This document shows positions 27,027 through 39,824 of a DNA stretch of 64,000 bases, piece after piece (position 1 is the stretch's first letter; each line of letters opens with the position of its first letter). Both the position numbers and the translations under genes were made by a program. Source of the stretch: Octopus sinensis (Eukaryota). The DNA lies in NCBI RefSeq assembly GCF_006345805.1, contig NC_043011.1, positions 3,224,001-3,288,000 on the forward strand. Reading direction: 5' to 3'. The notes below the pieces were generated by a model that saw only the letters and a program-made list of their open reading frames with translations, had not been told where the DNA came from and made no database searches.

Positions 27027-27062
27027 TGTCTGACGAACAGTAATGTGAAACTCTGAGTAACA
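27027..27062 (+). ncRNA. Minimal type-I hammerhead ribozyme, canonical core
   Basis: TGT-CTGACGA-ACA(GTAA)TGT-GAAA-CTC(T)GAGT-A-ACA; all core nucleotides intact. Confidence 0.75.
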
Positions 27063-27113
27063 GTTTGTGAAGAATTTTGGGCTTTGGAAAATGGACGTTT
27101 AAATGATGATGAT

Positions 27114-27145
<32 letters not shown>

Positions 27146-27267
27146 CATATATATGTATGTGTGTAGGATGATCCGGTTCTTGACTGAAGATTAGAAGCTT
27201 CGAATGACCCGTCTGTGTTTTTGTATCGTCTATTTGAATGTTTTGCGTTCTTGTCCCATTTTGTATT

Positions 27268-27290
27268 TATATATATATATGTATATATAT

Positions 27291-27335
<45 letters not shown>

Positions 27336-27390
27336 CATATATATAATACATATATATATATATATATTATATATACATATATATATATAC

Positions 27391-27469
<79 letters not shown>

Positions 27470-27588
27470 ATATATATATATATACATATATGTATATATA
27501 TTATATATATATATATATACATATATATACATATATATATATATATGTATAATATATATATACATATATATACATATATATATATATA

Positions 27589-27635
<47 letters not shown>

Positions 27636-27643
27636 TATATATA
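27268..27643. repeat. Long imperfect (TA)n
   Basis: Direct observation. Confidence 0.95.
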
Positions 27644-27870
27644 GGCGTAATGGCCTAGTGGTTAGGGCAGCGGACTCGCGGTCACAGGGTCGCGGTTTCG
27701 ATTCTCAGACCGGGCGTTGTGTGTGTTTATTGAGCGAAAACACCTAAAAGCTCTACGAGGCTCCGGCAGGGGGTGGTGATCCCTGCTGTACTCTTTCACC
27801 ACAATGGCGGTGCCCCAGCATGGCCACAGCTCAAGAGCTGAAACTGGAAAAACAAAAACAAAAACAAAAC
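27644..27870 (+). mobile_element. SINE family C head with SINE-A/CR1-type tail
   Basis: GGCGTAATGGCCTAGTGGTTAGGGCAGCGGACTCGC head; tail GGCGGTGCCCCAGCATGGCCACAGCTCAAGAGCTGAAAC. Confidence 0.85.
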
Positions 27871-27876
27871 ATATAT

Positions 27877-27920
<44 letters not shown>

Positions 27921-28309
27921 CATATATATATATACAGAGAGAGTACAAGCTTCTGTACATTCTGTAAATTCTACTCAATTTGCAATGTTCAAGCAAAAGC
28001 TCAAAGCTCAGTGAGCTACACACCGGTTTCAGACCTGGAATTAGATGGTTATAAAATTAAAGCACACTTCTTAGTCTGACAGTCACTCCTGCATATATTA
28101 TCAGTCAATCATTCACACGCATATGTTGAATTTAATTCAGGAGGCAACCTGTCTCCCCAGCAGAATCATACGATATTGTCTCTAATTAGGGAAATAATAC
28201 TTACCAGTTCACAAGTGGGAAAAAGAAAAAAATCTAATACTTTGAACAGGACATTTTTGTTGGTGTAAATTTTATTAAATTACAGACCATCATTATTTTT
28301 CTTGAACAC

Positions 28310-28633
28310 GACTTATTCTTTATAAGCCCAGTACTTATTCTATCGGTCTCTTTTGCCGAACCGCTAAGTGACGGGGACATAAACACACCAGCATCGGTTG
28401 TCAAGCAATGCTAGGGGGACAAACACAGACACACAAACACACACACACATACATATATATACATATATACGACAGGCTTCTTTCTGTTTCCGTCTACCAA
28501 ATCCACTCACAAGGCATTGGTCGGCCTGGGGCTATAGCAGAAGACACTTGCCCAAGATGCCACGCAGTGGGACTGAACCCAGAACCATGTGGTTGATTAG
28601 CAAGCTACTTACCACACAGCCACTCCTGTGCCT
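28310..28633 (-). mobile_element. SINE family A (tail-truncated)
   Basis: Family match. Confidence 0.9.
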
Positions 28634-29155
28634 ACATTGGAAGTGATGTCCAATGGATCGGGTTTGCTTACCTCTACTGACCATTCATATTTAGTGTCCA
28701 TTTAGCAGTACCATAAAGCTTTCTGTCGTAAAAAAGAAACATTTTGTTGCCAGTTATAACTGGCAGCTCTTTAAACTTCTTCCATTCTCTCTTTACTCTA
28801 ACTGCTATGCTTTCAACTAAACTAATTCCTGCACTAATTAAATCGCATTTTTGAAAGAAACTATCGACTACACTTTTGCAAGCTATCTTTGAAGTTGATA
28901 GACATCTTTTCAGAATCTGTTTATAGTGATTTTTACTGCTAACTAATCTTGTGCTTGTATCATGCCTAAAGTTCCACTATTTTTGTCAGCTTCCAGAGAT
29001 CCTACAGCACCATTAGTCTACACATTGCTTGCACCAGACACATAGTACATTCCTTTTTGCTTTCCAGATATATCATACCTAAAGTCTTAATAATATTTTT
29101 TTTTGTCAGCTTCCAGAGATCCTAAAACACTATTAATCATTTTCCTATAGAATTC

Positions 29156-29361
29156 CTATAGATTTCCTATAGAAGTTATAGCTACCACTGATTTGTTACG
29201 AAGTTTCATATCTGAATACACCTGAATGTAAACAACAAGGTGATCAAAGATGGAGAAATGGTTAATGGATGTATATGCCATATTTCCATCTTTGATCACA
29301 GTGTTGATATGAAATGCCATATCAAATTAGTGTTGGCTATAATTTCTATAGGAAATCTGTA
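29156..29361. repeat. Fold-back palindrome/MITE-like element
   Basis: CTATAGATTTCCTATAGAAGTTATAGC / GCTATAATTTCTATAGGAAATCTGTAG outer arms; GTGATCAAAGATGGA / TCCATCTTTGATCAC inner arms. Confidence 0.75.
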
Positions 29362-29720
29362 GAGATAACCTTAGAAAGTGATTTAAAAATATTACTATAT
29401 ACTTTGAATTTACTTTGTAATGTATTAGGGTTGCATAACGAAATATGATGTCCCTACAAGTCAATGACACTATTCATCTACACACTTTTGGCCCTAAATG
29501 CATAGTACCTGCCTTTTCTCTTCCTACATGCTAAGTAGTTTCTCTTTTCAAGAATCACTAGTATCTTACAGTCTATTTCACTAAGGGAGCACTTTGCTCT
29601 TCACCCTGCTAGACTTTTAGGCTATTGGATTCCTGAACAAGCGTTTTGCTTTGAATTTTTTCTACAGTTCTTCAACAGATTCTGCTTTGAAAGCCAAGTC
29701 AGCATTGTATATATATATAT

Positions 29721-29920
29721 AGGGAGAGTTTACGAAAAAAACAAAAGACAAAGACAGGTGGTGTACAAAACAAACAGATGTATTAGTATAACGCTCAGGA
29801 ATAGAAAAAGTCTTTTACATTTCGAGCCTACGCTCTTCTACAGAAAGGGACACGGAAAAAACAAGGAGAGAAACAAGGAGAGAAAAAAAATGTGTGTAGT
29901 GGCTAACGATCTATCATGTC
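29721..29920 (-). mobile_element. PLE-type terminus with hammerhead-like motif (29812-29847), ending in (TA)n
   Basis: Minus strand CTTT-CTGTAGA-A-GAGC(GTAG)GCTC-GAAAT-GTA-AAAG; homologous to 1005-1130. Confidence 0.65.
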
Positions 29921-31503
29921 AAATAGTGCCGGACATAAATTGATCTGATTCATTAGCAGAATAAAAGAACGTTGAGAGCAGCACACTAGCGAAAAAATGC
30001 ATGTTCTTTAAATTCCTTTTTAAACTTACTACCATTCCTTAGTTAGCTAAGACATGAACACTAAATAAAAGAGCAAAGGAACATGTCAAAGGTTTTGTCC
30101 ATATTAGCAAATACAAAGCAATATGGTTTATTGCTAGCAAAAAATTTCTTTTAACCTTCTTAGAAATATGTCCATTGTGTGTTACACTGGCACAAACTCA
30201 AACTGAATTCGTCTTGTATTAACTTTACTAAAACTTCTTACCTTCTGGTTAAAACTTATTCTTTTAGTTTGAGATCCTCTTTGATAGATTGTCTCTTAGT
30301 GTCACTTTTTCTTTTTAGTGCAGTTCGTGTTGGTGTTATTACTAATACGCCAGCTTTTGAGGATAGGACCTTTCTGAGCCACCCGATCAAATTCTTACCT
30401 TCCCCATTGTCACATTCCCAATTGTCTTAATCACTTTGACTGTAATCTTAATATCTGTTATCGTCGTTGATTCCTCTTTATTTAAGTTGAGGTGTTTTTG
30501 GTAGAACCATGTAAGTTATATTAATAGCACATCCTTAATTTTAGTTTTACCACTATCAATCCTGTGCAGAGTAATTGGCTAAGAGATTGTCAGTTCATAT
30601 CCTGATAGCAGCCATTGCATTGTGTCCAGAGCTAAGACCTTACCTTTGAACAATCCTGTTCATCTACTTATATATAAGTATTACAGAAGCAGGGCTAAAA
30701 AAATTTGCATAGATTTCTTAATTTAGATATCAGATAATTCTGCAAGTCTGGGTCTTGATAAAAAAGAACCAACTAATAACACAACCTTCATTTTAATCGT
30801 ATATCCATTAACATCCCACAAGGAAATCAAAACTAAATGAAGCACAATAATACTTATTTGATTGCTATATGAAAGTTCAGCACTAATATTTCTTTTATTC
30901 TTACTGCTTAACCAAAGAAGGAAGGGCATTTCCCTTGGTTCTGTATTTTTCAGGGATTTTAAGACATGTGGAAAGAAAGGGAGGAAGTTATCTGCAAATC
31001 AAAGACATGGCCATAATTCTTGCATCAGACTGGCCTGAATTCTTGCATAGAAATAAAGAGACCCCATGGTGGTACTAAACATTACCAACCATGAATGCAA
31101 ATTGCAAAAAGCCACAACAAATATCTCAAGACACCTCATCCAACACTCTAAGAATTATTTTAGTCCACCATTAAGTATTTTATCTCCAAGTCCAGAGATT
31201 TAGAAGAAACATCAAACAATTCTGCCAATCCATTGGCTAGAAAGGTTTCTGTGAGATTACACTGGATTAGAGAATTCTAACAAACTGTATCCTATGAGAG
31301 TGCTTGATCACAGAGCTCTCAAATCTTCTTCGCATAAATTTCTATACATATTTCGACCTCAGTGTTTCACTTGTACTTAATTTGTCAACCCTGAAGGAAT
31401 GAAAGGCAAAGTCATACTCGGTGGCATTTGAACATAAAGTGGGATAAGATGTTGCTATGCATTTTGCTCAGCATGCTAACAATTCTGCCTGATCACCATC
31501 TTA

Positions 31504-31538
<35 letters not shown>

Positions 31539-31954
31539 TAATAATGATGATGATGGTGGTGGTGATGGTGGTGGTGATGATGGTGGTGGTGATGGTGGTG
31601 GTGATGATGATGATGATGATGATGATGAGGATGATGATGATAACAACAGCAATAACAATCGTTGTGAAGGGCAGGTATTGTATCAGTGCTCTTCAGGCAC
31701 ATATTGGTGATTCAAATATTTAGTAAATTAACAAAGTGGAGGAAATTATATAAGACATTCCTGCCTTGAGTCCAATTTCCTATCCTTTGAGATTGTCAAA
31801 TCAGTAAGAAAGGAGGAAATTTGCTAAATCATGGCAAAGATATATATATAGCAACACAATAATAAATATGACAAGAGCATTAGAAAACCTTTGGCAATTC
31901 AATCTTCTGGAAGGTTTCCTGCAGATAAGAATCAGTTTTGTCCACACATGCACA

Positions 31955-31993
<39 letters not shown>

Positions 31994-32059
31994 TCACACA
32001 CACACACATACACACACATACATGTGAGTATGAGTAAAACGAAGTCCTAAAAGCATATC

Positions 32060-32990
32060 ATTAATGGCTTTATCCCAGCACCTGATCTGTACCTGTCAAG
32101 CTTCGTCAGGCACTGCAGTTCTTTGAGAGCAGACCAATACATTCCTTCCCCATTCCTGTACTACCAGTTATCCCTCTCCTTGAGACCACTTCCTTTGTCG
32201 TTCATCTTACACTCCCAACATCATCCCATACCACTTTATTTTCCAATGAATGCCTCTTTTCCCTGAACGCCCTCTCATATTTGCCATTAATGTCCTCCTC
32301 ACCCACTACTTTTATGGTACCCCCCTACATCCACTCCTACATGTCTCTGATCTCTGTCTTCATTTCTCTGAGTCTTCACTCTCCCTCTTTCTCACCTGTC
32401 TACAGTTTTGTATTATTGTTTCTCCCTACTCCTCCTCCCACTTTTATGCATTGCCACCTATCACCTCCTCCTCCCTCACCCACTCACATTTTCCTTTACC
32501 TTCTCTAGAACTGAGATCCCCAATGACCACACTTCAATCTATGCTCATCATTCACTGCTTTCACCTCTATCCTCATCTAGAACCTTCTGTCACGCTCCTT
32601 TTTATCCTCTTGCAAATCTACCCACCCAGCCACCCTTAGTTCTCTCTTTATATACCTCCTCATACTTTCAGGGAACACCTTGACATGTAGTAACTAAGAT
32701 CCTTTTGCTCTCTCCTCCTGGGGTAACTGTGTACCTCCACAGCATCAAGACACCTGTTCCTGTCAGGCACAGAGCTACATATCTCAACACTGCATCCCCA
32801 CTCTAATCAGTTGGGGTCTTGTAAGGTCTTGAAAACCTCAGTACTGCCAGTACCATAGAAAAAGGACCCAGTACACTCAGTAAAGTGGTTGGTGTTAGGA
32901 AGAGCCATCCAGTCTATGCCAGCATGGAAAATGGAAAACAGATGTAATGTAAAACAGCAATGGTAATGATGATGATGATGATGATGATGA
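32060..32990 (+). mobile_element. RTE-type LINE 3' UTR (C/T-rich) ending in (GAT)n
   Basis: Homologous to the reverse complement of 39825-40780 (e.g. GTACCT..CAAGACACCT; CAGCATGGAAAATGG..GATG tail). Confidence 0.55.
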
Positions 32991-33003
32991 TATATATACA
33001 TAT

Positions 33004-33377
33004 AGGTGCAGGAGTGGCTGTGTGGTAAGTAGCTTGCTTACCAGCCACATGGTTCCGGGTTCATTCCCACTGCATGGCACCTTGAGCAAGTGTCTTCTAC
33101 TTTAGCCTTGGTAGACAGAAACCGAGAGAAGCCCGTCGTATATATGTATATATGTATGTATGTGTGTGTATATGTTTGTGTGTCTGTGTTTGTCCCACAA
33201 CATTGCTTGACAACCGATGGTGGTGTGTTTATGTCCCCGTAACTTAGCGGTTCAGCAAAAGAGACCGATAGAATAAGTACTGGGCTTACAAAGAATAAGT
33301 CCCGGGGTCAATTTGCTCGACTAAAGGCGGTGCTCCAGCATGGCCGCAGTCAAATGACTGAAACAAGTAAAAAGAGT
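33004..33377 (+). mobile_element. SINE family A
   Basis: Family match. Confidence 0.9.
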
Positions 33378-34454
33378 ATATAATAGTTAAATGTGATCTT
33401 GAATACAGACATTGCTATTTATATTTCAAGAAACCAACACAATTCCATAGTAAATTGTAAAACATATAAAAAAAAAACACAAGAACTAAAACACAAACAC
33501 TAAACTAACGTGGTTCCTACATTTGCTCAGTAGTGATTCATTAAAAGCTATTAAGTAATTTAGGTTAAAAAAGGAAATAATTTTCATAAAATGTGTTTAT
33601 CACTTAAAAATCATCCAAGATTGATTTCAACATCAGATTCTTTAAATAATTCCAGCCATCAGTAGACCATCTTCTTCATTTAAACTCACAGTGGAGTCTA
33701 TACTTTTATCTTGAACACTGCACAACAGGTTATCTTTCATTCCATCTTGGAAACGGAAGATAACTTTTTACAATCTTACATCAATTATTGATGCCAGTCT
33801 TGAAAAAGCTCTTGAAAACCATTTGTTAAGTAGAGAATTCAAAGCAACATTAAACTTTGTAGCAGTAGTAGTAAAGTTAGGTTTTTTGAAATGACCTCCC
33901 ATTATTTTGTTTTGAATTTCATGAGAAAACATCCATGATATCCTTTGCTTCTTGAACTGTCTTTTCCTATCCATAGCTTCATTATAAAGTGTATACTAAA
34001 GACTTTTACTACAAGCATACATCAGTAATATTTTGAAGTGTTATTTTCTTAAATTGAATAATCACTTTTAAACAACAGAGAGTAAAATCACACACCACCA
34101 GTGTTCTGTTAACAATTGCTTTGGGATGTATTCATTGCACATATAAAGTTACATGACTGCAGGCAATGAGATGTGTACATTAGATTAGAAAAGTCTCAGT
34201 TGCTACTTTCTGCATCTTTGTTTTTGCAGGCTTGTCATTGAATCTCTCCAGTCTTGCTATATATTTCTTTCTTATTCATTTGTTTATTTTATACTCAAGT
34301 GTAATTCCACTTCTTACTGTTGACGAATTCTTTTGATATTAAATCACTCCATCGGTTATGAGAGTGAGAATTCCAGTTGATCTAATCAACAGAACAGCCT
34401 GCTTGTGAAATGAATGTACAAGTGGCTGAGTTCTCCACAGACACGTGTACCCTT

Positions 34455-35700
34455 AGGAAGCCAGAAATTGAGATTGTTGAAGTCATAGAAATTGTCTTGC
34501 AAACACTTCTGACTCTTTCCAAGGAGCCGAATCCTGCTGCCACACATATGACTTTCCAGCAGCAACCTTCTCCAGCCAGGGCTTGACCACAGTCTCCAGA
34601 AGCTTCACACAGCTGTCTGAATTAAATCTTAGGCCCTGTTCAAAGATCTAAGGCAGCAAGACAACATTCACACTGAAGATACAGTCAGTGACCATCACAG
34701 TTTAAGGGAAATTGATTTTTGTGATATATAGGCGCAGGAGTGGCTGTGTGGTAAGTAGCTTCTTGCTAACCAACCACATGGTTCCGGGTTCAGTCCCACT
34801 GTGTGACATCTTGGGCAAGTGTCTTCTACTATAGCCCCAGGCCGACCAATGCCTTGTGAGTGGATTTGGTAGACGGAAACTGAAAGAAGCCTGTCGTATA
34901 TATGTATATATATATGTATGTGTGTTTGTGTGTGTGTGTTTGTCCCCCTAGCATTGCTTGACAACCTATGCTGATGTGTTTACGTCCCCGTCACTTAGCG
35001 GTTCGGCAAAAGAGACCGATAGAATAAGTACTGGGCTTACAAAGAATAAGTCCCGGGGTCAATTTGCTCGACTAAAGGTGGTGCTCCAGCATGGCCACAG
35101 TCAAATGACTGAAACAAGTAAAAGAGTAAAAGAGTAAAGAGAGTAATAGGATACCACATGGATTGTAGGCAAGGGACCTGTTTTGCAAGATGTTGTGCAA
35201 CTGGTCCTGGAAAAAATGTCTTTTTTTTAATATGTGAAGAAGCAGATCATCTCCAGCTCAGCAAGAAGCCTAAGCTTGTTCAGGAACTTCTTTGCCTTTG
35301 TCAAGCAGTTCTCTTTGGCTCTTTCACCTCTTGTACAGGTGGTAGTGAAGGTGCACTTTTAAAGCCAACTTCATGTTAGTGACTCCAACGCCCATCTCTC
35401 TCACAAAAACCTGGATTCCCTTGCTTGGATCTTCCATCACCTTTCCCTGCAGTTGTTAGATGAATTCTGGTGTGCAGATGCAGTCAAAACAACTGCTGTG
35501 TCTCTTCCTGCTGGCCACAGCTTTGTAATCCCCACTGCAGTTGTTCATGTCATGTTTTATAACCTTGGCAGCACTCACAGAGCATTGAACTGCAGTCGTG
35601 ATGTTCACAGTTTGATACTCAGCAGGAATAAGCTAACACTTTCCCAATACTCAGATGGCTTCCAGTCCTCCATATCTGCCACTTTTTTCTCAACTACTAC
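34455..35700 (-). mobile_element. Decayed DD37D/maT-like transposase, interrupted by SINE A
   Basis: Minus strand AKENCLTKAKKFLNKL..ICFF; IFEQGLRFNSDSCVKLLETVVKPWLEKVAAGKSYVWQQDSAP..NFYDF..FW. Confidence 0.8.
34730..35144 (+). mobile_element. SINE family A
   Basis: Family match. Confidence 0.92.
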
Positions 35701-35810
35701 TCGAACGTTTATGCTATCCAACACTGTTGACTCTTTTCTAAATACATCCATGCCATCCCTGATAAAAAGAAGACATGAAAGATTATCAAATTTAACCCAA
35801 ACATCCTCAA

Positions 35811-35859
35811 TGTGTGTGTATGTGTGTGTGTGTGTATTTGTGTGTGTGTTTGTGTATGT

Positions 35860-35891
<32 letters not shown>

Positions 35892-36165
35892 TTGTGTTTG
35901 TGTGTGTGCTTGTGTGTGTGTGTGTGTGTGTGTATGTGTGTGTTTGTGTTTGTTTGGTTGTGTGTATGTGTGTGTTTGTGTTTGGTTGTGTGTATGTGTG
36001 TGTTTGTGTGTTTCTGTGTGTTTGTGTGTTTGTGTGTGTTTGTGTGTGTGTGTGTTTGTGTGTGTGTGTTTGTGTGTGTGTGAGTGTGTGTGTTTGTGTG
36101 TTTTTGTATGTGTGTGTGCTTGTGTGTGTTTGTGTTTGTGTGTGTGTGAGTGTGTGTGTGTGTGC
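35811..36165. repeat. Imperfect (TG)n microsatellite
   Basis: Direct observation. Confidence 0.95.
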
Positions 36166-36794
36166 GTATACTCATGCATTTACAAATACATTTTACCTTC
36201 CCTTACAATGTTTGTCCTTGTGTCTGTATTCGAAATTTATGCCCCTGTTTCCATATTAAAACTCTGTGACCTTCCCATCATATTAGAATTCACTATTCAA
36301 ATTTGCTGAACTGTTAATTTAGCTTTTAGAATGTTTTTACCAGAGTTATATTTATACATTATTTTGATCAGTTTGATCTCTGATCTTTATCAAATATTTT
36401 ATCCTTTGATATGGTCAGTCTGTTGCATGGTGTATAAGCTTATCACTGCATTTCGAATTGGTTTGATAAAGGTATTATATCTATAAATATTTTACAATAT
36501 TTATATAAACTGGTGATTAATAATCCAGAAAATTATAATCTTATGTCAGACATTTTGACTTTTGGCCAACTACTGACAGAGATGCTGCTGTTGAACCTCA
36601 TGTCCATGCTGATGAGCAGGACACTGACCAGAAGTAGTTCAGCCATAATCTTCACTTTGAAGCAACCAATTTACAAATCACTATGTCCTTTTGTCGTTTT
36701 CATATTCTGAGTTTGTGATATTGTCTAAGATGCCACTTGTGATAGAATCTGTTGAGACAATATTTCAATAATAGAAGTCTGTGTTGCTTGTAGA

Positions 36795-37889
36795 ATAGGT
36801 AACATGTGTCTCCTCCTAATGAGACGATATTTCATCCAAAAATTAATGTTGATACCAGTAATACTTGAAGACATTTATCAACGTCAATAGATAACATGTG
36901 TCTCCTCCTAATGAGACGATATTTCATCCAAAAATTAATGGTGATACCAGTAATACTTGAAGACATTTATCAATGTCAATAGGTAGCATGTGTCTCCTCC
37001 TAATGAGACGATATTTCATCCAAAAATTAATGTTGATACCAGTAATACTTGAAGACATTTATCAATGTCAATAGGTAGCATGTGTCTCCTCCTAATGAGA
37101 CGATATTTCATCCAAAAATTAATGTTGATACCAGTAATACTTGAAGACATTTATCAATGTCAATAGGTAACATGTGTCTCCTCCTAATGAGACGATATTT
37201 CATCCAAAAATTAATGTTGATACCAGTAATACTTGAAGACATTTATCAATGTCAATAGGTAGCATGTGTCTCCTCCTAATGAGACGATATTTCATCCAAA
37301 ATTAATGGTGATACCAGTATACTTGAAGACATTATCAATGTCAATAGGTAACATGTGTCTCCTCCTAATGAGATGATATTTCATCCAAAAATTAATGTTG
37401 ATACCAGTAATACTTGAAGACATTTATCAATGTCAATAGTAACATGTGTCTCCTCCTAATGAGACGATATTTCATCCAAAAATTAATGTTGATACCAGTA
37501 ATACTTGAAGACATTTATCAATGTCAATAGTAACATGTGTCTCCTCCTAATGAGACGATATTTCATCCAAAAATTAATGTTGATACCAGTAATACTTGAA
37601 GACATTTATCAATGTCAATAGGTACATGTGTCTCCTCCTAATGAGACGATATTTCATCCAAAAATTAATGTTGATACCAGTATACTTGAAGACATTTATC
37701 AATGTCAATAGGTAACATGTGTCTCCTCCTAATGAGACGATATTTCATCCAAAAATTAATGTTGATACCAGTAATACTTGAAGACATTTATCAATGTCAA
37801 TAGGTAACATGTGTCTCCTCCTAATGAGATGATATTTCATCCAAAAATTAATGGTGATACCAGTAATACTTGAAGACATTTATCGATGC
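36795..37889. repeat. Minisatellite, 12 x ~92 bp
   Basis: Unit ATAGGTAACATGTGTCTCCTCCTAATGAGACGATATTTCATCCAAAAATTAATGTTGATACCAGTAATACTTGAAGACATTTATCAATGTCA at 36795, 36887, 36979... Confidence 0.97.
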
Positions 37890-38529
37890 TTTATCAATGA
37901 GAATTAAATTGTGATATCTTAGGAAGTGAACTTGCTCGTATCAATTAAGAGTATTGATTGTTAAAATATGCTACATGTTGTCATATGACCTAACAGTAGT
38001 GATGCACCAGTAACAGCCCATGTAGCACGTGACACATTAAGGTTGTTGTTCCTCAGAACCAAAAATATAATATTCATTAAATAAGTTTTACCACATCCCC
38101 CTGAATCTTTGATATAAAAGAGACAGCATTCCAAACTCAATTCTCTTCTCTTCTTTTCAACTGCATTTATCACCACGTTATTCAAATTAGTTGAATTAAC
38201 TTAATAACATTAAAGTTCTCATTCGTTCATGTTCTTAAATCATCCCTGAAGTTCTGGTCATCCTACTTTCTGGCAACTCCTTCCATTTTAGATTAAAATT
38301 TGATTTATTGAATGAAGGGATGAGTGTTCTGCTTTGCTTTGCTGTCTTTTTATGCCAAAAAAAAAATGAAGAAAAATTCTGGAATCATTTGTATTGTAAA
38401 AGAGTTCCAAAGCTGAATTGCATTTTGAGCATTACAAAATGCACAAACAGCTGCAAACATTACTCTAAGATATAATGGCATCTTAAATATTGAAGTTTCC
38501 TCTAAAAATGGTATTAGAAATATCATTAT

Positions 38530-38936
38530 ACTCTTTTACTCTTTTACTTGTTTCAGTCATTTGACTGTGGCCATGCTGGAGCACCGCCTTTAGTCGAGCA
38601 AATCGACCCCGGGACTTATTCTTTGTAAGCCTAGTACTTATTCTATCAGTCTCTTTTGCCGAACCGCTAAGTGACGGGGATGAAAACACACCAGCATAGG
38701 TTGTCAAGCAATGCTAGGGGGACAAACACAGACACACAAACATATACACACACATACATATATATATACATATATACGACAGGCTTCTTTCAGTTTCCGT
38801 CTACCAAATCCACTCACAAGGCATTGGTCGGCCCGGGGCTATAGCAGAAGACACTTGCCCAAGATGCCACGCAGTAGGACTGAACCCAGGACCATGTGAT
38901 TGGTTAGCAAGCTACTTACCACACAGCCACTCCTGC
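38530..38936 (-). mobile_element. SINE family A
   Basis: Family match. Confidence 0.92.
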
Positions 38937-39123
38937 AGGGCATTATGAAATTGTTTTCCTATAATCATTACTGTAGATAAGCTATTTTAAAGTTGGTATA
39001 TTTTCTCCTTGAATGATTCTTAGTTCTTCAGTTTTTGCTCCAGAAATCTAAAATAGAATAGGTGCAGATAAAATTCCTGGGGAGTTTTGAATTTCACTAA
39101 ATGCATGGGGAAAATAATATAAT

Positions 39124-39340
39124 CCTTTCTACTCTAGGCACAAGGCCTGAAAAATCTTGGTGGTGGGGGCCAGTTGATTAGATTGACCCCAGTACACAAC
39201 TGGTACGTAATTTATCGACCCTGAAAGGAAGAAAGACAAAGTCAACCTCGGCGGAATTTGAACTCAGAACGTAAAAACAGAAGAAATACTACTAAGCATT
39301 TTACCTGGCGTGCCAACATTTCTTGTCATCTCACTGCCTT
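39124..39340 (-). mobile_element. SINE family B, 16-bp TSD
   Basis: TSD GGGAAAATAATATAAT at 39108 and 39341. Confidence 0.88.
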
Positions 39341-39824
39341 GGGAAAATAATATAATGCTTTCTTTGTCTGACAGCTCTTTTGGGAGGTGGGGTGTGGTGG
39401 CAGGTATATTGTTAAGGAATTTCAGTGTATAGGTGTATAAGTACTGATGTAAATTTTCATTTTCATTATTAAATTTGAATCGTATAGTGAGATGTGTGTC
39501 TTGATGGTGCTGAGCATCTGCTGATTATGTTGCTAATAAATAAACACTTCGTTGATGTGAGACATGCTATGTATTTTATGCGAAGATAACCTCCATATAG
39601 CTTTAAAAGGTGAGGTATACCTACAGGACAGATAGAATGTAATTTCATCATATTTAAATAATTGATTTTGCCATTCACTTATAATGACATAGTTGGTTAT
39701 TTCAAATTTATTATTTCAATAGTCATGACATATTTAAAATCTTCGGACATATTGGAAACGATGTCTTATACTTTTAACAGTTGAAACAAATCTTATTTGC
39801 AAACTTATATATATTCATAAAAGC

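Larger units (their letters stand above)
36600..39760 (-). mobile_element. Decayed autonomous Helitron (Rep + Pif1 helicase remnants)
   Basis: Minus strand DEITFYLSCRYTSPFKAIWRL (~39570-39650), QEFYLHL..GAKTEELRIIQG (~39000-39080), DSGGCGKTYL..TGASLL..TTCSIF (37961-38185), IDKCL..FG*NIVSLGGD, TQNMK..NWLLQ. Confidence 0.78.

Noticed and set aside
33768-33974. Unique-looking 68-aa ORF
   Set aside because: No recognisable motif or convincing splice signals.
36795-37889. CRISPR-like array
   Set aside because: Units are contiguous near-identical 92-mers with no unique spacers; eukaryotic context, no cas genes.
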